DNA of 35,855 nucleotides, from contig CAVOMX010000021.1 of NCBI GenBank assembly GCA_963697165.1, positions 1-35,855 of the forward strand, given 5' to 3'. Shown here piece after piece: positions 28,863-35,855 of this stretch (its first letter is position 1; each line of letters opens with the position of its first letter). The position numbers and the translations under genes were made by a program. This stretch comes from Candidatus Bathyarchaeota archaeon. Its GTDB lineage: Archaea; Thermoproteota; Bathyarchaeia; Bathyarchaeales; Bathyarchaeaceae. Below the pieces are notes generated by a model, which saw only the letters and a list, made by a program, of their open reading frames with translations, did not search any database and was not told the origin of the DNA.

Positions 28863-29801
28863 TTACAATATCTTGAGTTCCTGTAGCATCTGGCAGGATC
28901 TGCAGATGTCGCCAACGGTTGGTTCACCACACAGTCTGCACTCATTTAGCTGTATTTCCTTAGCGAAGGCTTCCAGCGCAGGCCGAAGCTTCTCTATGGA
29001 CCTAAAAACTGTGAACAACGTTCCTGCATGCTTATGTTCCATCCGATTAAGCATGTTCCTTATGTCATTTCTCAACGCAGTTTGGGCATAAGGACAATCA
29101 ATACACTGAAACTCGATTCCCTTAAGATAAGCATAAAAAACAACTTCCTTCTCTGGCACAATACAGAGAGGCTTCACGCGCTGCACAAGCTTCGGATGAA
29201 TCACATCCAAAACAGGCTTCGACCGCGTAATCCGCATAGGATCCCCATGAACCACATTAAGGAGCATAGTCTGCGTTTCATCGTCTAGACTGTGGGCAGT
29301 AACAAGCTTGTCCACGCCAGCATCACGAGCCAACGTGTTGAGAGCCCTCCTTCGGAGCACCCCACAGTAGCTACAAGGTGTCAACCCCTTCTCGCTCTTC
29401 TTTTGGGTTAATTTCACGATTTCATCCAGTTCATACCCAAACAGTTCCTTGAAGGAGGCAACCATATGCTCTACTCCAAGTTTTCGACAGTTTTCTTTTG
29501 CAATTTTTAGTGCCTCATCACGGTAGTTCCGTATTCCTTCATCAATTGTGCCTGCGCAGAAACTAACAGCTGGGAACGGTTTCTCAATCTTCGTCAATAT
29601 GTGAAGTAGGGTAACACTGTCTTTGCCTCCGGAGACAGCCACCATAAAATTGGCCTTATGTCCAAGCATCTTATATTTTGAGATAGTTTTTCGCACCTTA
29701 TCTTCGACGGTTCTGCAGAAGCATCTTCCACAAAGATTCTCCCCAGAATAACTACGCCCAAAAACGGCTTCGTTCCTTTCACACATGGTGCAAGCAGTCA
29801 T
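28863..29801 (-). CDS. TtuA/Ncs6-type tRNA 2-thiolation protein
   Basis: N- and C-terminal CxxC Zn fingers, SGGKDS PP-loop, CSYCGVLRR, HSLDDE, CPY. Confidence 0.88.
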   Translation of the reverse strand: MTACTMCERNEAVFGRSYSGENLCGRCFCRTVEDKVRKTISKYKMLGHKANFMVAVSGGKDSVTLLHILTKIEKPFPAVSFCAGTIDEGIRNYRDEALKIAKENCRKLGVEHMVASFKELFGYELDEIVKLTQKKSEKGLTPCSYCGVLRRRALNTLARDAGVDKLVTAHSLDDETQTMLLNVVHGDPMRITRSKPVLDVIHPKLVQRVKPLCIVPEKEVVFYAYLKGIEFQCIDCPYAQTALRNDIRNMLNRMEHKHAGTLFTVFRSIEKLRPALEAFAKEIQLNECRLCGEPTVGDICRSCQMLQELKIL

Positions 29802-30151
29802 GTTTTTTGTGTCAACTCACTTTTTTCCAGAGCCACTAATCATCTTGTCATGGTCTATCCAAACTAACTATATCTGATATTACCTAAACAGTGTAGTATT
29901 GCTTTCTTCAACACTTTTTTTGGTTAATAAAGCTAAATTAGGCGTTTCTTTTAAGGGCTTTGAACACCCGTGTAGGAGAAGCCGCAACCAAAACGCCAGA
30001 AGGAACATGAACAAACATTCAGCTTTTTTTATATATAATGATTAATAATTCATATTTATGGAAATGTTTATATATGAATCCATCAATATTTGGATGCTAA
30101 CTGAACAAAAACATTCAACACAGGATTGAACAAAGATTAGGAGCTTTAGAA

Positions 30152-30835
30152 ATGAAAATAGCAATTTCTTGGAGTGGCGGAATTGAATCAGCCCTAGCAT
30201 GCTACAGGGCAATAAAAGAAGGACACGAAGTAGCATACCTTGCAGTTTTCGTTGCCGACACATGGCCCTCATTCTGTCACCCGCTATCCATCATGGAGCT
30301 CCAATCTAAAGCAATGGGAATACCCCTTCTAAAGCTCAAAGTAAAAGAACCATACGAACAAAGCTACAGAGAAGCCATAAAAAAACTGATAGAAAAAGGC
30401 ATCGAAGGCATAGTAACCGGAGACATCTACGTTGTGGACGACTTGCATGGACGATGGATGGATAAAGTAACCGAGGGATTAGACATATCCGTAATTATGC
30501 CCTTGTGGGAGCAAAACACAAGCAAAGTGCTAGAAGAAGAAGTGTCAACGGGATTCAGATCGGTCTTCACTTGCTTGGGGGAACAATGGTTCACTGAAGA
30601 ATGGCTTGGACGAGAACTCAACAAAAACTCTGTCAACGACTTGAGGGCACTAGCAAAAAAGACTGGAATGGACCCCTGCGGAGAAAACGGAGAATACCAC
30701 ACCATGACTATCGATGGACCAACATTCAAAGAAACCATCGAAATTTCAAAATTCACAAAAGAAAAACGCAACGACAGGCTGTTCATAAAAATCAGTGAAT
30801 ACACCCTAAAACCCAAGAATGTTCAATCAACGTAA
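30152..30835 (+). CDS. Diphthine--ammonia ligase (Dph6/DUF71) family ATP-binding protein
   Basis: SWSGG, VTGDI, PLW, DPCGENGEYHT...DGP. Confidence 0.8.
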   Translation: MKIAISWSGGIESALACYRAIKEGHEVAYLAVFVADTWPSFCHPLSIMELQSKAMGIPLLKLKVKEPYEQSYREAIKKLIEKGIEGIVTGDIYVVDDLHGRWMDKVTEGLDISVIMPLWEQNTSKVLEEEVSTGFRSVFTCLGEQWFTEEWLGRELNKNSVNDLRALAKKTGMDPCGENGEYHTMTIDGPTFKETIEISKFTKEKRNDRLFIKISEYTLKPKNVQST

Positions 30836-30926
30836 ACATAGAATACATTACTAGAAAATCGGGGCCATTTTTTTCAAAGGTTTTAAATGCATTTACAACA
30901 TACCTCACTGGGAGGGAGGTGAAGCT

Positions 30927-31199
30927 ATGATTGGAGCAGTCATTTTTGTCATAGCATTTGTTCTTTTCGTGTTAATTGGCCTTGCAGGCATAGGGTTACC
31001 CCCAGGAGATTGGATAGTCCAACAATACATTCCCGATTTGCTTCAAACAGACTATGCACACATTAGCTGAAGGCATTATCAACGGAGTCATATTTGGATT
31101 ATTATCTGGATTGCATTCAGCATAGCAATGATGATCTACGAAAAACTCCGAGGACCCAAAGAAGTAGTCGTAAAAGTAGAAACGAAAAACGCAAAATAA
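30927..31199 (+). CDS. Small membrane protein, apparently frameshifted
   Basis: GGAGGTGA precedes ATG 30927. MIGAVIFVIAFVLFVLIGLAGIGLPPGDW... continues via frame changes as LAEGIINGVIFG / IIWIAFSIAMMIYEKLRGPKEVVVKVETKNAK*. Confidence 0.55.
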
Positions 31200-31740
31200 A
31201 GACTGCCGTAAATAGGGAACCCACAACAAACAATATGGGCGTATCTATGTTAAATTAGAGTAGCAAAAACAGATCTTGTCTCCCCTTCATGACGCAGTTA
31301 ATCTTTGTTGCTGACAGTCGCGCACATATTAAGCCCATATATCTCTAAACCCGAATATTTCCAATGGAACAACACCAAACTTTCGTCACATTCTTAATGT
31401 TATTTTTTTGAATTAATTTTCTCAAAAGAAATGACAGCAAGTGACACGTGTAAAGGGATAAGAAACGGAGAAATCGACATTTAAGAGAGTGGCAGGTAAT
31501 TCATGGGCGACGGCATACTTGTCTCGGGCATTACAAACAAAGATGAGCCTTCAAGATAGGCTGGAAAGCGAAACAGCATGACTGGTTGGATGACACTGTG
31601 GAAGTTTATGTCCGATTCAAAGGAACAGAAAAGCATCACCCATCAAAAACCTATACCTAAAGAATCAGAGTGTTATTCTGTCTCAAAAAGAAAAACAGCT
31701 CACTAGTTAAACCAAATTTTTCCATTCTTTTTTTGGCACA

Positions 31741-32168
31741 TTATTTGGCTAGTAATGTGGCGATTATGGCAAAAATTATGCCGATCCAGCCAACAGATTG
31801 AGACATAATGAGCAAGAAATCTATTGCGCTAGCCCAACCGTGCAATAAAGCAGAAGCTAATATTAACAGAAAACCGATCAGATCCCATTCCAGCGCCAAG
31901 ACCTATGATGAATCTGCCTATTCTCTTTCTTTCAGTAAGGACAAATGAGCCACCTATAATTACAGCTACACCGCCTAAATCAGCAACAAAATTTAGCAAC
32001 TTGTAAAACCATCGAGAGAAAGTCTGCGGTGGCGCCACCTAAATTTTCAATCATATATTCTATTACTGTTCCAACAATGCCAACAGAACCTGTTGCTCCA
32101 GCAAGCAACAGAAGCGTACCTCCAATATAAGCCAGTAACGCAGCAACCTTTGAAGAAACCATATTCAC
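31741..32168 (-). CDS. Multi-TM membrane protein, apparently frameshifted twice
   Basis: ORFs 31980..32168 and 31829..32038 plus third-frame LIGFLLILASALLHGW...GIIFAIIATLLAK* join into one hydrophobic protein. Confidence 0.6.
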
Positions 32169-32451
32169 TTAGTGGACTCAAAGCCAATAAAAAAGTTGTT
32201 ACCACAAACCCCTTAAGAAAGGAAGAAAAAACCGAACAGTATTCCAAATTTGTAACTAGTATTCTGGATTCATCAATTCATGATACCGTAGCGAAATCAC
32301 CCGATTAAATCCCGCAACTCCACCTTTTTTCGGATTGTCAATTCTTAAACGACAACGTGCGCAAATATTTTGGGTTTGGGGTTTTTGCATAAAGAATATG
32401 GAGGCAAATGACAGAATATTTTTTTATATTTAATGTGTCTCAGATGTATCT

Positions 32452-32790
32452 ATGAATCTGAAGATGGTTTTGGGCTCGATTCTAGTTGCTGTTCTTTTCT
32501 TTTTGGGAATTATTTTTGCTTTCGCTTCGGTGTATGCGGCTTCAAGATTAGTCGTTGCTGGCTTATTTTTTGTTGTTGGTTTTGGGATCGTATATTACAT
32601 TACTAGAAAACCTAAGGTGAGTATTCAGAGATTGGAGTTTTCGGGTCAGATGAAAGCTGTTGCTTTGAAATGTCCAAACTGTTCGGCTTCTATAAATTCA
32701 GATACTATAAAGATTGTTTCTGGAGTGCCATATGCTACTTGTGATTATTGTGGTCATACTTTTGAGGTAGTTGAGGAGCCAAAATGGTGA
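32452..32790 (+). CDS. 2-TM membrane protein with C-terminal zinc ribbon
   Basis: Two hydrophobic helices, then CPNC...CDYC. Overlaps the next gene start. Confidence 0.75.
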   Translation: MNLKMVLGSILVAVLFFLGIIFAFASVYAASRLVVAGLFFVVGFGIVYYITRKPKVSIQRLEFSGQMKAVALKCPNCSASINSDTIKIVSGVPYATCDYCGHTFEVVEEPKW

Positions 32791-34422
32791 AGTCGTCTGC
32801 TGTTCTGGTTTTGTTGCTTGTTGGGTTAGTGTGTATTTCATTTGTTCCCGGAGTTGTTGCTCAGAGGCAATATTTTTTTGGGCAGGAATGGGCGCAAGTT
32901 TGGATTAATTCGGATGGTTCTATTGATCTTTTTTATAATGTTAGCTTAACTCTTGATTTTGGTCAGGAAATTAATTGGATAAGTATTGGTCAACCTAAAG
33001 GTGATTTTTCTATCGGTTCTGCTGTGGATCAGTTTGGGAATACGTTAGAAACAGCTGATATCAGTTCTGGAAGTGACTATAAGGTTAGGGTTAATCTTGA
33101 TTCTCCTTTACAAGCTGGACAGACTGTTTGGTTTACTTTGGTTACGAATGTAGCTCACATGATTTATGAGGATGAAACTAATCCGGGAAATGATGGAATG
33201 CAATTTACTTTGTCTTGGTTTTCAGAAGCAGTTATTGAAGATGCGCGGGTGCTTATTGTTTTGCCTCCTGGAGTCTCTGAGAGTGAAGTGAAAACAGGGT
33301 CAATCTTTTGGAGTAATGTCCAGTATGAGGATGATAGGTTAGCGGTTTATTGGGAAAAGCAAAATCTTTTGCCAGATGAAAGATTTACGGTTGGAGTTTC
33401 CTATCCAAAACAGGAAGGATGGACCTCTTTTACTGACGGATCTGATGGTTTAGGGAATTTTTTTGGAGACTTTATTTGTTTGGCCTATTATTGGTGTTTG
33501 GAGTCATTGGGATTGTGTTGTTTTTGTTTTATTTGTTTCTCGTAAGCGACCCTATACAAAACCTACCATTGGGATTGAATGTCTTGGAATAGTAAGGGGG
33601 TTAACTGCTGTAGAGGCTTCTTATCTTTTGGATTTAAAGCCGTCTCAGATTGTCACTGAGATTTTGTATAGTGTTCTTAAGAAGAGGGCTGTTTGGGTTG
33701 AGAACACTTCTCCTTCTCTTAGGTTTAGGATACTAAAGCCTTTCCTTGACAAAACGGGAACAGCAGAGAATCCGTTGAGATATTATGAGATTGATTTTCT
33801 TAATTCTATTAATGATGACGGGTCTCTTGATGAAGAGAAGCTTGCATCAACGATTATGTTTGTTCAATCTACTGTTGAGGAAAAGTTGAAGGGATATTGT
33901 AGACGTGATACAGTAGATTATTATCGAAAGATTGTTGAGAAGGCTTGGGGGCAGGTTGAAGGTGCTGGAACAGCAGAATTAGCCTCTAAAGCTTATGATG
34001 AACAGTTGCTTTGGTTGTTCTTGGATCCGAAGGTTTCAGATCGAACTCAAACTGTGTTTAGTAATAGAGTTTTTGAGCCTGATCCTTTTTGGTTTTGGTA
34101 TTGGTATTCTTATAGGTATTATTCTCCAAATCCTACTTACAAGCCTAATATTGGGGTTCCGGCTCAAGGGCAAAAGCCTCCTACAATTCCTGGTGCAGAT
34201 TTTGCTAATAATATTGCTACTGCGATAGAAAAGAGCGCTAACAATTTTGTTGTTAACATGGAAAAATTTGCTAATTCTATAGTTCCTATGGGTCCTAAGC
34301 AGAAATCATCTAAGCAGCCGGTGCAACAAAAAGCCAAGTGTGTATGTGCTTGTGCTACGTGTGCATGTGCCTGTGCTTGTGTTTCATGTGCCTGTGCATG
34401 TGCTGGTGGAGGAGTTGGGTAG
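32784..34422 (+). CDS. Membrane protein (DUF2207-like architecture) with Cys-Ala-rich C-terminal tail; frameshift(s) at 33460-33545
   Basis: Signal peptide, INSDGSID extracellular domain, T-rich TM region where the frame changes, GLTAVEASYLL cytoplasmic domain, ends CVCACATCACACACVSCACACAGGGVG*. Confidence 0.7.
34339..34404 (+). repeat. TGTGCN hexamer-like repeats encoding the (Cys-Ala)n tract
   Basis: Repeated TGT-GCN codon pairs with varying third bases; 10 Cys codons. Confidence 0.8.
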
Positions 34423-34438
34423 TAAAGGAGGTTTGATT

Positions 34439-35787
34439 ATGGGTTTTGTACGTAAGATTTTTCGGAGATCAAAAATTCCTCAAGGAAGATTCACCTATCG
34501 AGGGGAAGGCAATTTTAGGGGTTTAGCTCTTCAGCTTCGGGTTGAACCTGACGGTAATGGGCTTTTGATTATTAATGCGAACACTGTTTTGTTTTTGAAC
34601 GAGACTTCTACAGCTTATGCGTATTTTTTGATGCAGGGTTTGACAACTGAAGAGGTTATCTCTAAGATTAGAGGTATTTTTCGGGTGAAAGAGAGACAGG
34701 CAAGGGCTGATTATGAAAAGTTGGTTTATACTGTTAGTACATTGGCGCAGACTGAAGAAGTGGATCCTATATCCTATCTTGATTTAAAGAAGATTGAGCC
34801 TTTTAGTCAAGAATTTTCTGCTCCATTACGTGTTGATATGTCGCTTACTTTTAGATGTCAGAATAGTTGTGTTCATTGTTATGCTGGGGGACCGCATGAA
34901 ACTGATGAACTTACGTACTGATCAATGGAAGCAGGTTATTGATCATCTTTATCGGGTTGGTGTTTTTATTTTGACTTTTACGGGTGGAGAGCCAACCTTA
35001 AGGGAGGATTTGCCTGAACTTCTTAGTTATGGGCAAAAAAAGGGTTTAGTGACAGGTCTAATTACCAATGGAAGAAGTTTAACTGATAAAAAATATGTTA
35101 GAATTCTCGAGGAGTCTGGGCTTGATTTTGTTCAGGTAACTCTTGAGTCTCATAAGCCAGAGATTCATGATTTGATGACGGGTATTAAGGGAAGCTGGAA
35201 CGGAGACGGTAGCAGGAATTAAGAATCTGATTCCAACAAAAATTTACACAACTACAAACTCGACATTAAGTAAGCATAATGCGGAGGATTTTCTTGATAC
35301 TGTAGATTTTATTAAGGAATTGGGGGTTGCTGCTTTTGGATGTAACAGTTTGATTTATTCTGGAAAAGCAAAAGATGTTATTGAAGATTTTGTTTTTCCT
35401 CTTGAAGATTTGAAGATTCTTTTGCCAAAGGTTCAGGATAAAGCAGCTAAGCTGGGACTAAAATTTTTGTGGTATACTCCAACCCAATATTGTAAGTTTA
35501 ATCCAATCAAGCTTGGTTTGGGTATAAAATCGTGTTCAGCTGCAATGATTAACATGTGTGTTGGACCAAACGGGGATGTGTATCCTTGCCAGAGCTACTT
35601 TGAAAGTTTAGGTAACATCTTGAAGAATGATTGGAAAAGCATTTGGAATCATCCATTAGCGGTTAGAATTAGAAATAGAGAATATGTAGAACCAAAATGT
35701 AAGGAATGCCCCCAACTGCAGATCTGTGGAGGAGGATGCCCTCTTGAACTCCAAAAGAAGAATCATATTTGTGCTGCTATGGGATAG
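34439..35787 (+). CDS. Radical SAM/SPASM protein with N-terminal PqqD/RRE-like extension; frameshifts near 34915 and 35200
   Basis: AAGGAGGT before ATG 34439. CQNSCVHC, FTGGEPTLR, ITNG, and SPASM CSAA...GDVYPC...GNI...CKEC...CGGGC. The N-terminal LIINANTVLFLNETS plus helices resembles an RRE. Confidence 0.85.
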
Positions 35788-35855
35788 ACAAAAGGGAAGC
35801 TATAATTCTGAAGAGAGGATAGACTTCAGTCCCAATTAACATCCCAAAGAATGCG

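Noticed and set aside
1133..34228. Numerous antisense or nested ORFs in the ORF track (e.g. 1550..2053, 12876..13331, 28444..29091)
   Set aside because: They are shadows of well-supported genes and show no recognisable motifs.
34339..34404. Microsatellite or CRISPR-like repeat
   Set aside because: In-frame coding repeat with synonymous third-base variation and no spacers.

Overview
Archaeal chromosomal segment. Gene content is consistent with a TACK-type lineage such as Bathyarchaeia, but that assignment is inference. It holds glyA and then a ~12 kb aromatic amino-acid cluster that starts from aspartate (aspartokinase, asd, ADH synthase, DHQ synthase II, aroD/E/K/A/C, chorismate mutase, aminotransferase, tyrA, convergent pheA). 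Next is a near-complete LysW-dependent alpha-aminoadipate lysine cluster: lysWXYZJK divergent from an Lrp/LysM regulator, homocitrate synthase, homoaconitase and homoisocitrate dehydrogenase. Housekeeping and hypothetical genes follow, and the window ends in a 3-gene cassette: Zn-ribbon membrane protein, membrane protein with a (Cys-Ala)n tail, and a radical SAM/SPASM enzyme. The two best candidates for novelty are (1) an unannotated 23-codon leader ORF rich in Trp/Phe/Tyr (plus Thr/Met), followed by a hairpin directly ahead of the aromatic operon, which resembles an attenuator in an archaeon, and (2) a RiPP-like radical SAM system whose likely substrate is the 10-Cys tail of a membrane protein. 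Many genes carry single-base frameshifts that look like sequencing errors. No rRNA, tRNA, CRISPR or mobile element was recognised.
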